Shown here: positions 44,344 through 54,693 of the stretch, one piece after another
Numbering within the stretch: the first letter of the stretch is position 1
How the letters are laid out: every line of letters begins with the position of its first letter
Made by a program: the position numbers and the translations under genes
Assembly: GCA_015064845.1 (NCBI GenBank)
Contig: SVRL01000004.1
Span: 14,398 to 78,397, forward strand
DNA from: Oscillospiraceae bacterium
Lineage (GTDB): Bacteria; Bacillota; Clostridia; Oscillospirales; CAG-272
Direction of reading: 5' to 3'
DNA: 64,000 nt
Notes under the pieces: generated by a model
Database searches by the model: none
Told to the model about the DNA's origin: nothing
Seen by the model: the letters and a program-made list of their open reading frames with translations, nothing else

Positions 44344-45462
44344 TCAGACTTCTTTTTGAGAAAGCAAAAGAAGATCTTCGTAAATATCAACGGCGGCATT
44401 GGGCTTTGCAAACGCTTGAATGGCGTGACTCAGAGCGACGCGCGCTTTTTCGTCATTCAAAATCTTGTTCACGCTTTCCGCAAGTATGCCGGGGGTCAGA
44501 TTTTTCTCTTCATGCAAAACGGCGGCACCGGCATCGGCAAGGCGTTTTGCATTTTCATATTGATGATTGTTTGCCACGTTGGGAGAAGGAATCAAAATAC
44601 AAGCCTTTCCGAGAAGTGCCATTTCCGCAATGGTCATCGCGCCCGCGCGGCAGATCACAAGATCGGCTACTTTTTCCCAAAGGGGCATATCGTAAATATA
44701 TTCCAGCAAACGAATATTGGGTTTATCTGTCAAACCGTATTCGGCAGCCTTTGCCATCGCCGCTTCATATTCGATTCTTCCCGTTGCATGAATGTGGAAA
44801 ATGTCGGGACGGTGCGCAATTTCATCGCGCATAAGAGCAAGGATTTCTTCGTTGACTCGCTCGGCACCCAAGCTTCCGCCAAAGGAAAGAAGGATTTTTT
44901 TCACGTTTTTCGGAATACCGAGCTTTTCCCGTAAACCCGCTTCCGCTTTTGTATCGGGAAGCGTAATCAAAGGATTGCCAACGCAAAGAACCTTTTCTTT
45001 CGCCTCAAACGCTTCCTCTGTCGTCGGAAAATTGATATAAATACGATCAACTTCCTTTTCCAGCATTTTGACGGCTTTACCGGGAATCGCATTGGATTCA
45101 TGGATGGCAGTCGGAATGCCGAGTTTGGCAGCGGCGTGAATTAGCGGCCAGGAAAGATAACCGCCCGTTCCCACAACAACGTCGGGCTGATAATCCAGAA
45201 GTAATTTTTTCGCTTTGATGGGTGCCGTAAAATAATAATATGCGGTTTTGATATTGGAAAGAGAAAGACTGCGGCGCAATCCGCGCATTTCAATATGATA
45301 AAGCGGATAACCTGCCTTACCGACAAGATTGTTCTCCATTCCCTTTTTCGTTCCGATAAACGCAATCTGCGCTTCCGGATCGTTTGCTTTGACTGTGTTG
45401 GCGATGGCAATGGCAGGATTGATATGACCGCCCGTTCCGCCGCCCGCAAGGAGAATTTTCAT
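44344..45462 (-). CDS. murG: UDP-N-acetylglucosamine--N-acetylmuramyl-(pentapeptide) pyrophosphoryl-undecaprenol N-acetylglucosamine transferase
   Basis: KILLAGGGTGGHINPAIA, VVGTGGYLSWP, CRAGAMT. Confidence 0.95.
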   Translation of the reverse strand: MKILLAGGGTGGHINPAIAIANTVKANDPEAQIAFIGTKKGMENNLVGKAGYPLYHIEMRGLRRSLSLSNIKTAYYYFTAPIKAKKLLLDYQPDVVVGTGGYLSWPLIHAAAKLGIPTAIHESNAIPGKAVKMLEKEVDRIYINFPTTEEAFEAKEKVLCVGNPLITLPDTKAEAGLREKLGIPKNVKKILLSFGGSLGAERVNEEILALMRDEIAHRPDIFHIHATGRIEYEAAMAKAAEYGLTDKPNIRLLEYIYDMPLWEKVADLVICRAGAMTIAEMALLGKACILIPSPNVANNHQYENAKRLADAGAAVLHEEKNLTPGILAESVNKILNDEKARVALSHAIQAFAKPNAAVDIYEDLLLLSQKEV

Positions 45463-45504
45463 GATGATGGATTCCTTTCTGAAAAATTGTATGAGTGATA
45501 GAAA

Positions 45505-46749
45505 TTACTGTTGAAAACCGGTTCTTTCTCCCGAAGAGAAACGGGAAATGGAAAGAATGATACCCATTTCCGCAAGCTGCATGACAAGCGCCGTACCGCC
45601 GTAACTGAAAAACGGAAGCGCTATACCCGTCGTGGGAATGGTTGTAGTAACTACGGCAATATTCAAAACCGCCTGAATCCCGACTTTCAAAGTCAGTCCC
45701 ATCACAACGAGAGCGGAAAACGTATCCGGCGCTTTGGTGGAAATCAAAAATCCCCTCCAGATCAGAAGCAAAAACAGCGTAATCAAAACCATCGCGCCGA
45801 CAAATCCCAATTCTTCGCAAACGATGGCAAAAATGAAGTCGTTTTGCGGTTCGGGAAGCCAAAGGTGCTTTTGATAACTGTTCCCCAGACCAACGCCGAA
45901 GAAACCGCCTGAACCAATGGCAAGCAGACTCTGATACGGCTGCCAAGCACCTCCCGTAGTATCGTTTTCGGGATGTAGCCATGCATCCACGCGCGCCTTC
46001 GTATAATCCGTAAAAAGCACAAGCCCCGCTGCCGCAGCAGCGAAAGAAGCACCAATACCGCCAACCCAACGCATATCCGCACCTGCAATAAAAATCATGC
46101 CGGCGCCGATGATAAAGAGAATGATCGTCGCGGACATATGCTTTTCCAACGCAACCGTTCCGCAAACCAGAACGACAATACAAGCGGGAGCCAGAATGCC
46201 GTATTTGAAGGTTTTGGTTTTTCGCTCAAATTTGGATATGTAAAGCGCCATCATCAGCACGAGCGCAAATTTCATAACGTCCGAGGGCTGAAACTGCACG
46301 ATCTTAAAGTCAACCCAACGGGTTGCACCCTTATTCGTTACGCCAATCCCCGGAATAAAAACGCATAGCAAAAGCAGATAACTGACTGCAAAGATGGCAG
46401 GCGTGGCTTTTTTCAGAAATCCGTAGTCCACGACAGACATGACGAGCATGGCAATAATTCCGATCGTTGCCCAAAGCAATTGTTTTTTGATAAAATAGAA
46501 GCTGTCTCCCATTTCCGAAAGTGAAAAAACGTAACTTGCGGAAGCAACCATGATCGAACCGTAACAAGTAAGAAGAACGACGATAATGAAAAACGGTCTG
46601 TCAACGCCTCCGCGGATACGGTAAACCGTTGAACGGTCGGGAGAAAGCAAAGTATTTAAAACCTCAAGAAAGAGGTTCTGTTTCGGTTGGGGAATCGGTT
46701 GTCTGACGGGGTGATTTTCGGTATTTTGATGTTTTGTCACATTGGGCAT
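45505..46749 (-). CDS. ftsW: SEDS-family peptidoglycan polymerase FtsW/SpoVE
   Basis: Ten-TM-like profile, QPSDVMKFALV, LPFFSYGGTA. Confidence 0.9.
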   Translation of the reverse strand: MPNVTKHQNTENHPVRQPIPQPKQNLFLEVLNTLLSPDRSTVYRIRGGVDRPFFIIVVLLTCYGSIMVASASYVFSLSEMGDSFYFIKKQLLWATIGIIAMLVMSVVDYGFLKKATPAIFAVSYLLLLCVFIPGIGVTNKGATRWVDFKIVQFQPSDVMKFALVLMMALYISKFERKTKTFKYGILAPACIVVLVCGTVALEKHMSATIILFIIGAGMIFIAGADMRWVGGIGASFAAAAAGLVLFTDYTKARVDAWLHPENDTTGGAWQPYQSLLAIGSGGFFGVGLGNSYQKHLWLPEPQNDFIFAIVCEELGFVGAMVLITLFLLLIWRGFLISTKAPDTFSALVVMGLTLKVGIQAVLNIAVVTTTIPTTGIALPFFSYGGTALVMQLAEMGIILSISRFSSGERTGFQQ

Positions 46750-46767
46750 AAACGCACCTCTTTTCGT

Positions 46768-47754
46768 TTAAATGGACAAACAATACATGACTGCGCACAA
46801 AACGGCGGTAATTGCACCTGCAACGAAAACGATTTTACGTTCGCTCCAGCCGCATTTTTCAAAGTGATGGTGAATGGGCGCCATTTTGAAAATTCTTTTT
46901 TTGAAAAGCTTATAGGAACCGACCTGCAAAATAACGGAAACGGTTTCAATGATATAAATGAGTCCCACGATCAGAATCAAAATGGGATTGTCACAAAGGA
47001 AAGCAAGTCCCGTAACCATGCCGCCGAGGAAGAGAGAACCCGTGTCTCCCATAAAAATTCTTGCGGGATTCCAGTTGTAAACAAGAAAACCTATCATACC
47101 GCCGCAAAGCGCGCCCGCAAAACAAACGACCGCATCGGCGAAAGCAAGACTCATGACGGTAAATCCGAAAAGCGCAAAGAAAGCGGAGATCACTGCCGTA
47201 ACGGAAGCACAAAGTCCGTCAATACCGTCCGTGAGATTGACACTGTTATCCACGCCTACAATGAGGATGACTGCAAGCGGATAAAACGCAATGCCGAGGT
47301 CCCATTCGATTTCCGTAAAAGGAATCGGAATCACGGTATCCATATAGCCGAGCGAACACATCATACCAACATAGAGAGAAGCAACAACAAGCTGCAACAA
47401 AAATTTCTGATACGCTTTTAATCCCTCATTTTGCTTTTTGATCAGTTTCGCATAATCATCCACCATTCCGACAGCGGCAAAAAGCGTTGCCATTGCAAGG
47501 GTAATCCAAAGGGGTACCAGCATTTCTTTGCTGACAGCAAAGAACGAAAGCACTGCCATAGTCAGCAAAATGGCGATAATAAAGAAAATTCCTCCCATCG
47601 TCGGCGTTCCCGCTTTGGATTTATGCCAACGCGGACCAATCTCGTAAATCGGCTGATTCATTTTTTTGCTGATCAGCACGGGGATATACTTTTTAGACAA
47701 CAGTACGGTAACGGCAAAAGACAGCAGTACCGAGAGAATGAAAAAAATGAGCAT
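46768..47754 (-). CDS. mraY: Phospho-N-acetylmuramoyl-pentapeptide transferase
   Basis: GMVDDYAKL, NLTDGIDGL, MGDTGSLFLGG, PIHHHFE. Confidence 0.96.
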   Translation of the reverse strand: MLIFFILSVLLSFAVTVLLSKKYIPVLISKKMNQPIYEIGPRWHKSKAGTPTMGGIFFIIAILLTMAVLSFFAVSKEMLVPLWITLAMATLFAAVGMVDDYAKLIKKQNEGLKAYQKFLLQLVVASLYVGMMCSLGYMDTVIPIPFTEIEWDLGIAFYPLAVILIVGVDNSVNLTDGIDGLCASVTAVISAFFALFGFTVMSLAFADAVVCFAGALCGGMIGFLVYNWNPARIFMGDTGSLFLGGMVTGLAFLCDNPILILIVGLIYIIETVSVILQVGSYKLFKKRIFKMAPIHHHFEKCGWSERKIVFVAGAITAVLCAVMYCLSI

Positions 47755-47814
47755 GGCAATTCCTTTCTGTTATGCATCGATAAATTTTATTTTTCTTTAC
47801 GGTTTGATGCCGGA

Positions 47815-49218
47815 TCAAAGCAATCGGATCAGCCGTTCGAGCGCAACGGCACGGCTTGCTTTGAAAAGAACGGCATCCCCCTCTTGCAAAACGGTTTTCA
47901 AGAGGCATACGGCGTTTTCCGCGTTCTCCGTATCTTCAATCGTAAAAACGTTTTCCGCGGGCATACCGGCTTCTTTTGCGCCTTCAGCAATATTGCTTGC
48001 CGATTTTCCGAACGTAATCAGTTTTTGAACGCCGACCCCTGCCGCATAAGCACCGACTGTTTTATGCGCCCCGTCGGATATGCTTCCCAATTCGCGCATA
48101 TCCCCAAGAACGGCAACGGGACGGCATTTTTTTGTGGTTGCCGTATGCAGAAGCACGTCTAATCCTGCGCGCATGGATTCGGGGCTTGCGTTATAGCAGT
48201 CTTCAATCACGATCATACCGTTTTTTTCCGAAATGGATTGGCGCATATCTGCGGAAACGAATTCCAGAAGTCCCTTGCGGATATTTTCCTCGGAAACACC
48301 GAGAAGCAACCCGCACACCGCGCCGATCAGCGCGTTATATATATTGTGCTTGCCAATGGCATTTATACGCACGTCGCTAAGAAAATCCTGTCCGTGGAAA
48401 GCGATATCAAAAAGCATTCCGTCCTCTTGCGTGCGGATATTTCTTGCGGAATACGCCGCATTTTCATTCTCGATTCCGATATATATTTTCGTTAAACCCT
48501 CGGCAGGAAGATCTGAGAGAAGCGGTTCATCGCCGTTCAAAATCAGAATTCCGCCTTTTCTCATTCCTTCTCTGATCTCCGCTTTAGCATCGCGGATGCC
48601 TTCACGTGAACCGAGATTTTCCAAATGTGCGCTTCCGATATTGGTAATAACGGCAATATCGGGTTCGGCAAGATGGGAAAGATAAGCGATCTCCCCCTTG
48701 TGATTCATCCCCATTTCCAAAAGAAGCGCACGATGGGCGGCATGGAGATCCAACATCGTCAAAGGCAATCCGATTTCATTGTTAAAATTGCCTTTCGTAA
48801 CGTTCGTCGGGTATTGCGTGCTCAAAACGGAATAAATAAATTGCTTCGTTGTGGTTTTTCCAACGCTTCCCGTAACGGCAAGCGTAATGGGATGGAACAT
48901 TTTTTTATAAGCGCGCGCAAACAATCCCAGCGCTTTCGTCGTATCGTTCACAAGAATGCACGGAAGCATACAGTTTTCCGGAACATATTCGGCAACGGCA
49001 AACACACAGCCCGCTTTTTGCGCAGCTTCCATGAAACGGTGTCCGTCAAAATTCTCTCCGCGGAGAGCAAAAAACACTTCTCCCTGTTTCGCCGTACGAG
49101 AATCGGTGGAAATCCCGTAGGCAAGCGGCAGAGATTCTGTCAGAGCGGGCGCAATGCCCTCGGTAAATTTTGCAAAGGTTTGAATATCCAAACCGTTTTT
49201 TTCTAAACTGAAATACAT
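47815..49218 (-). CDS. murF: UDP-N-acetylmuramoyl-tripeptide--D-alanyl-D-alanine ligase
   Basis: AVTGSVGKTTTK, LEMGMNHKGEI, IEDCYNASP. Confidence 0.94.
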   Translation of the reverse strand: MYFSLEKNGLDIQTFAKFTEGIAPALTESLPLAYGISTDSRTAKQGEVFFALRGENFDGHRFMEAAQKAGCVFAVAEYVPENCMLPCILVNDTTKALGLFARAYKKMFHPITLAVTGSVGKTTTKQFIYSVLSTQYPTNVTKGNFNNEIGLPLTMLDLHAAHRALLLEMGMNHKGEIAYLSHLAEPDIAVITNIGSAHLENLGSREGIRDAKAEIREGMRKGGILILNGDEPLLSDLPAEGLTKIYIGIENENAAYSARNIRTQEDGMLFDIAFHGQDFLSDVRINAIGKHNIYNALIGAVCGLLLGVSEENIRKGLLEFVSADMRQSISEKNGMIVIEDCYNASPESMRAGLDVLLHTATTKKCRPVAVLGDMRELGSISDGAHKTVGAYAAGVGVQKLITFGKSASNIAEGAKEAGMPAENVFTIEDTENAENAVCLLKTVLQEGDAVLFKASRAVALERLIRLL

Positions 49219-49255
49219 TTTTGTTTCCTTTTCTATTCGCTATGGCATTTGCTTT

Positions 49256-50701
49256 TCAGAGAATGCCCAAGGTCTTTTTTATGATTTCTTTTTCGGAAAA
49301 CGCATGCTTTCCGTTTTTGTCAATGATATAATTTTCGTGTCCCTTCCCCGCAAGCAGAATAATTTCTCCTTTTTCGGCTTGACTCAGAGCCATCATAATG
49401 GCTTTTTCACGGTTTTCGATTCGGATATGGTTTTGTTTTTTCATTCCTCTTTCGATATCGTCGAGAATCGCGCTCGGAGATTCGTTTCTCGGATTGTCAT
49501 TGGTAAGAATGACCAAATCCGCTAAAGTTTCCGCAGCACTTCCCATTTCGGGACGTTTTCCCCGATCCCGATCTCCGCCCGCTCCGAAAAGAACGGTCAG
49601 TTTTTTCGTGAAAGGGCGCAAAGAAGAAAGCGCGGCTGTCAGCGCTTCGGGAGAATGCGCATAATCAATATATACGGAAAAATCCGCGGGGAGTTCGATT
49701 TTTTCCAGTCTTCCCGCCGGGGAACGGAGTTTTTTAACGGCTTCGGCAATCGTTGCACCGTCAAGTCCTTCCAAATACGCGCAGGCGATAGCCGCCGCGC
49801 TGTTTTCAATGTGAAAAGAACCTATTATCGGAATATAAACGGGCAAAACGTCTTTTTCGGAACGCAGGGTATATCGAATTCCTCTGATATCGGATGTGGG
49901 AATGCGGATATGGAAATCAGCGTCGGGATTTCGTCCGTAATAATAGACGTTTCCTGCTGCAGAAAGCCCCATATATTTTGCCTCGGCATCATTGGAATTG
50001 AGCAATGAGTTTTTTGCTTGCGCGAAAAGTGCAGCTTTGGTATCCCGATAGGCTTCCCATGTTTTATGGTAATCGAGATGATCTCTGGAAAGTCCCGTGA
50101 AAACGGCTGTTTCAAATTGCAACCCGTAAAGCCTGTGTTGGGCAATGGCATGCGAGGATGCCTCCATGACAACGGTTTTTATGCCTTCTTGTTGCATTTG
50201 GCGAAGCATGGGATAAAGCACGTCGGGAGGCGGTGTGGTATAAGAAGATGGCAATCGAATTTCTCCGCTTACGTTTTCCACTGTGCCGATCAACCCCGCA
50301 GGAACTCCCGCTGCCAAAAGCAAGCTGTGCAGAAAAGAAGAAACGGAAGTCTTACCGTTCGTTCCCGTAACGGCAATCAGCCGGAGTTCTTTTTCGGGAT
50401 GATTTTCGTAACGGCTCCATGCAAGCGCATAGCTTTTTCGGACGTTTTCCACTTCGAAAACGGGAATGGAAAGAGTGCCGATCCGTTTGGAGCCGCCAAG
50501 GGATACGATCACGGCAACCGCGCCTTTTTCGGGAGCGTGAGAGACATAGGAAAAACCGCTTTCATGAAATCCGTCTTCACAGAAGAAAACATCGCCTTTT
50601 TGAAGTTTTCGGAAGTCGGACCGGGGCATACCGATTTCGGCATCAAACGGTTTTTCCGCAAATAAAATTTCTTCCGGTTTAATGATATGAGAAAATTGCA
50701 T
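49256..50701 (-). CDS. murE: UDP-N-acetylmuramoyl-L-alanyl-D-glutamate--2,6-diaminopimelate ligase
   Basis: AVTGTNGKTS, IDYAHSP, GAGGDRDRGKRP, TNDNPRNE (DNPR). The start at MQFSHII follows GGAGGA. Confidence 0.94.
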   Translation of the reverse strand: MQFSHIIKPEEILFAEKPFDAEIGMPRSDFRKLQKGDVFFCEDGFHESGFSYVSHAPEKGAVAVIVSLGGSKRIGTLSIPVFEVENVRKSYALAWSRYENHPEKELRLIAVTGTNGKTSVSSFLHSLLLAAGVPAGLIGTVENVSGEIRLPSSYTTPPPDVLYPMLRQMQQEGIKTVVMEASSHAIAQHRLYGLQFETAVFTGLSRDHLDYHKTWEAYRDTKAALFAQAKNSLLNSNDAEAKYMGLSAAGNVYYYGRNPDADFHIRIPTSDIRGIRYTLRSEKDVLPVYIPIIGSFHIENSAAAIACAYLEGLDGATIAEAVKKLRSPAGRLEKIELPADFSVYIDYAHSPEALTAALSSLRPFTKKLTVLFGAGGDRDRGKRPEMGSAAETLADLVILTNDNPRNESPSAILDDIERGMKKQNHIRIENREKAIMMALSQAEKGEIILLAGKGHENYIIDKNGKHAFSEKEIIKKTLGIL

Positions 50702-50788
50702 AAATCCTCCGATGAGCAGAAAATTTTTCTTGAAAAATATTTTCTTTTCACATCCGGGTCTTTGCAATATGTTTCATTTGTCGGGATA

Positions 50789-53101
50789 TCAATCCGTGAA
50801 ATTGGTATGGCGGATATCCACGGTTATGACAGTTCCTTTGGGAGCCACGGTTCCTGCGGCAAGAGATTGTGTCATTACGACCGCACCCGAACCGTTCAAC
50901 GCACCTTCCAAATGGATATTGAAGCCTGCATTCGCCAGCACTTTATTGGCTTGCGCGGCTGACATACCGAGTACATTCGGAACGGTGGCGTTCTTTTCCT
51001 CCGCCGCTTCACTCGTATACAGAATCACAAGTCCGTTATCCTTGGAAAGTGTGCTTTTTGCGGGCGGGATCTGATCGACAATGCTGTTTCCCGTACCCAC
51101 AATTTCATAAGAAAGTCCCGCTTCACTGAGGCGCATGATCGCTTCATCCAAAGAAAGTCCTCTGTAATTGGGGAGATTGATTTCAAGCTTTGCAAGCTCT
51201 TCATCGGTGTATTCGGGTTCAATGCCGAGATAAGGAAGTACGTCGGCAAGAATTTTGGAAACATAGGGAGCGGCAACCGTACTGCCGTAACGGGAACCGA
51301 TGGTAGGTTCATCCACGATAAGAAGGCAGATGACCTCGGGATCGTCCGCGGGCGCGTAAGCAACGGTGGACGCAATTCTTTTATTGCCCGAAGTACCTTT
51401 TTCGGTGGTACCTGTTTTCGCGGCAACGGAATAACCCTGAACGTAAGCGTTTTTCGCGCCGCCGTCTCCCGCAACACCGTCGGCAAGAATTTTGGAGATG
51501 GTATCGGCAGTCTCTTCGCTGATAACCTGACGAACTGCGGTCGTACCGAAGGAAGCAATAACACTGCCTTCGTCATCCACGATTTCTTTGACAATGTGGG
51601 GAACAACCATCGTTCCTCCATTTGCAACAGCGGCAACAGCCGCAATCTGCTGAATGGCAGTTACGTTATAGCGCTGACCGAAAGAATAAACCGCAAGGTC
51701 AACATTAGACATATTTTCAGCAGGCTTGTAAATAGAGCTCGCTTCGCCGGGCAGATCAATACCCGTTTTGCTGTCAAGCCCAAACGCTTTGAAATATTCC
51801 CCGTATATGGTAACACCGATTCGTTCGGCAAGCTGCATCATAGCAGGGTTGCAGGATTGCTGTAACGCTCCCGCGAAATCCAGAATACCGTGTCCCGTCG
51901 TTTTATGACAGCGGATGGGTTTTGACCAACCGCTGACAAGATATCCGCCCGTGCAGGTAAAAGTATTACTCAAGGAAGCGAGATTTTCTTCCAACGCCAT
52001 GGACGTTGTGAAAATTTTCGACGTAGAGCCGGGTTCATATGTATCCGTAAGACATTTATTGTTCCAAGTGGAAAAAAGCAATTCGGATTGATATGCCAAA
52101 TATTTTGTGGAATCCGCTCCATATTTTTCGGCATAATCGGCAAGCACCTCATCATAGTAGGAAGGAAGCGTTCTCGGTTTATTGAGATCGTAATAAGGGT
52201 ACGTTGCCATCGCGTAAATTTCGCCTGTTTTCACGTTCATAATGATTCCGCAGGCCCGGGAAGCGCATCCGGATTCCAAGGCGGCTTCTTCCAGATATTT
52301 TTCCAGATAACTCTGGATTTTATAGTCCAGTGTCGTCACAAGATTGGCGCCGTTTTCGGCATCCACGTAGGTTTCGTAGTTATACGGCATAGAGCCGTTA
52401 TTGCCGTCCTTCGCCGTCATGATCTTTCCCGACGTACCCGAAAGCGCCTTATTATACTGGTATTCCAATCCGTAAAGCCCGCCATCGCTTCCGCAAAAAC
52501 CGATGACGTGGGAAGCAAGCGTACCGAAGGGATATACGCGGGTCGTGCTTTCCGAAAAATAGATCATATCGGAAAGCGTCAGATCTTTATCTTTTTCGGA
52601 AAGTTGCATATCCTTGTTTTCCACCATAAACGCACGAATCTGATTGGTAATTTCCTTATCGACGTTTTTCTTGATGGTACGGTCTCTGTATTTGGATTTT
52701 TTTGCTTCCCCATACACGAAATCATATTCCACTTCCAGAATTTCGGAAAGTTTTTCCGCAATCATTACGCGCACTGCTTCGGGATCGTCTGCTTTGGCAA
52801 TATTGGAAGGATCTATAAAGACACGTTCGGTTGTGTAATTGGCGGCAAGCGTAATACCGTTTCTGTCTGTAATGGTGCCTCTGGAGGCAGAAATTTCCGT
52901 TTCATAGAGCATTTGCTCCAAAACAAGTTTTTTATAATGGGTATGGCGAATGATTTGCAGATAAAAAAGTCTGCCTATGACAACGAGTGTCAGTACCGTG
53001 CAAACGGAAAATACAATGAGCGCGCGCAATCTCATTTCCGAAGGCTGTCTGCCGAGGATGGATGCGGGTTTCTGTTCGTCGGGAGTGCGATAATTTGACA
53101 T
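50789..53101 (-). CDS. Class B penicillin-binding protein (SpoVD/PBP2B type) with two C-terminal PASTA domains
   Basis: N-terminal TM helix, STSKIF (SxxK), KTGTT, and two PASTA-like repeats (PNYRGLSLDEAIMRLSEAGL, VPNVLGMSAAQANKVLANAGF). Confidence 0.92.
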   Translation of the reverse strand: MSNYRTPDEQKPASILGRQPSEMRLRALIVFSVCTVLTLVVIGRLFYLQIIRHTHYKKLVLEQMLYETEISASRGTITDRNGITLAANYTTERVFIDPSNIAKADDPEAVRVMIAEKLSEILEVEYDFVYGEAKKSKYRDRTIKKNVDKEITNQIRAFMVENKDMQLSEKDKDLTLSDMIYFSESTTRVYPFGTLASHVIGFCGSDGGLYGLEYQYNKALSGTSGKIMTAKDGNNGSMPYNYETYVDAENGANLVTTLDYKIQSYLEKYLEEAALESGCASRACGIIMNVKTGEIYAMATYPYYDLNKPRTLPSYYDEVLADYAEKYGADSTKYLAYQSELLFSTWNNKCLTDTYEPGSTSKIFTTSMALEENLASLSNTFTCTGGYLVSGWSKPIRCHKTTGHGILDFAGALQQSCNPAMMQLAERIGVTIYGEYFKAFGLDSKTGIDLPGEASSIYKPAENMSNVDLAVYSFGQRYNVTAIQQIAAVAAVANGGTMVVPHIVKEIVDDEGSVIASFGTTAVRQVISEETADTISKILADGVAGDGGAKNAYVQGYSVAAKTGTTEKGTSGNKRIASTVAYAPADDPEVICLLIVDEPTIGSRYGSTVAAPYVSKILADVLPYLGIEPEYTDEELAKLEINLPNYRGLSLDEAIMRLSEAGLSYEIVGTGNSIVDQIPPAKSTLSKDNGLVILYTSEAAEEKNATVPNVLGMSAAQANKVLANAGFNIHLEGALNGSGAVVMTQSLAAGTVAPKGTVITVDIRHTNFTD

Positions 53102-53256
53102 ATTTTACGATTCCTTTCAATCGCATGGTCTGATTTGCTGATAAAAAACACGGGGAAAAATACAAAAAACAAGATAAAGAGAGGCGTACCGTTTTTTCGA
53201 TAAAGTCCTCTCTTTGTTCCATGCCGGTATAGTATGTATATTTTATTTCTTGAAAT

Positions 53257-53655
53257 TTATGATGGATCGTCTTCCGAATTTTCATTTTCTTCAGAGGTAT
53301 CCTGGTCTTTATCTTGCGTTTCGATATAAACAACTCTGCCGCCGTCCTCTGAAAATCCGAGTTCTTTTGCAGAGTCAATGATTTCGGCAAACGAATATCG
53401 GTGATCCAATTCATTTTCCAAGGAAGCTTTTTTGGCAGCGAGCGAAACGGTTTGCTTTTTCAGAGTTGCAATCTCCGATGAAAGTTCTGAAATGCGAACC
53501 AGAGAAAAAACCGTACAAAGGATCAGCACCGTGGAAATCAAAGCAAGAAAAACCGTTATAAAGGGAAAAGGCGTTTTCTTCGTATCGGCTTTCGTTTTAT
53601 ATTCTCTGCCGCCGAAAAAAATATCCAAAATGAAAATTTGCAGTTTTTGCTTCAT
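53257..53655 (-). CDS. ftsL: FtsL-like cell division protein
   Basis: Single TM helix followed by a coiled coil (ISELSSEIATLKKQTVSLAAKKASLENEL). It lies between rsmH and the PBP gene. Confidence 0.75.
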   Translation of the reverse strand: MKQKLQIFILDIFFGGREYKTKADTKKTPFPFITVFLALISTVLILCTVFSLVRISELSSEIATLKKQTVSLAAKKASLENELDHRYSFAEIIDSAKELGFSEDGGRVVYIETQDKDQDTSEENENSEDDPS

Positions 53656-53669
53656 GGTTCCAAGTCCTT

Positions 53670-54620
53670 TCAGAGAACATCAGCGTTTTTTTGAACGATA
53701 CGGAGTTTTGCGCTATGCGAACGGTGGTTATTTTGCAATTCTTCTTCACTCGGAAGAATCGGTTTTTTGTTGATCAGCGTAACGATCGGTTTTTTTCCGC
53801 AAACGCAAACGGGATACGAAGGAGGACAGGTGCAACCCGTCGCAAGAGAAGCAAAGGTATGTTTTGCGGCGCGGTCTTCCAAAGAATGGAAGGTGATAAC
53901 CGCGATTCTTCCGTTCGGATTCAGATGATACGCGATGGTTTTCAAAGTGGGTTCAATGATGGAAATTTCCGAATTGACTTCAATTCGAATCGCTTGAAAG
54001 GTCTTTTTTGCGGGATGGTGTCCGACAGCGAGCAATTTTTTCGGCGTTACGCTTTTGATGATATCCACAAGCTCCGTTGTGGTTTCGATCGGTTTTTCCG
54101 CACGCGCACGCACAATGGCACCGGCAATACGGGAAGCGTTATTATCCTCGCCGTACATGCTGATAATACGTCGGAGCTCGGATTCGGAATACGTATTGAC
54201 AACATCATAAGCGGAAAGCGCCGCACTTTCGTTCATGCGCATATCCAAGGGGGCTTCGGCATTATAAGAGAAGCCTCTTTCGGGCGTGTCAAGCTGATAA
54301 GAAGAAACGCCGAGGTCAAGGAGCGCGCCGTCTACTTTTTCGATGCCGAGTTGGGATAAAATTTCGGAAAAAGCAGAAAAGTTGTTTTTCACAAAAATAA
54401 TTTTATCTTTGTAAGCCGCCAGTCTTTGGCTTGCCGCTTCAATTGCGGCGGCATCTTGATCGATACAAATCAGTTTTCCGTTTTCCAGGCGTTTGACGAT
54501 TTCGAGAGAATGTCCGCCGCCCCCCAAAGTACAATCGACGTAGATACCGTTCGGATTGATATTCAACGCGTCGATGCATTCATGCAACAAAACGGATACG
54601 TGGGAAAATGTATGTTCCAT
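53670..54620 (-). CDS. rsmH: 16S rRNA (cytosine1402-N4)-methyltransferase
   Basis: [35 protein letters not shown]. The start is taken at MEHTF; the ORF-track start at 54644 is a TTG with no SD sequence. Confidence 0.94.
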   Translation of the reverse strand: MEHTFSHVSVLLHECIDALNINPNGIYVDCTLGGGGHSLEIVKRLENGKLICIDQDAAAIEAASQRLAAYKDKIIFVKNNFSAFSEILSQLGIEKVDGALLDLGVSSYQLDTPERGFSYNAEAPLDMRMNESAALSAYDVVNTYSESELRRIISMYGEDNNASRIAGAIVRARAEKPIETTTELVDIIKSVTPKKLLAVGHHPAKKTFQAIRIEVNSEISIIEPTLKTIAYHLNPNGRIAVITFHSLEDRAAKHTFASLATGCTCPPSYPVCVCGKKPIVTLINKKPILPSEEELQNNHRSHSAKLRIVQKNADVL

Positions 54621-54693
54621 AAAATTCAAATTCTTTCTTTTCAAAGTTTTGCTACGGGAAAGCAGAGTTTTCTGAGGAAAAACTTGTCAGGAT

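Noticed and set aside
45317-46183. A 288-aa ORF overlapping murG and ftsW in another frame.
   Set aside because: It is Arg/Cys-rich, has no motif, and is fully embedded in two well-supported genes.
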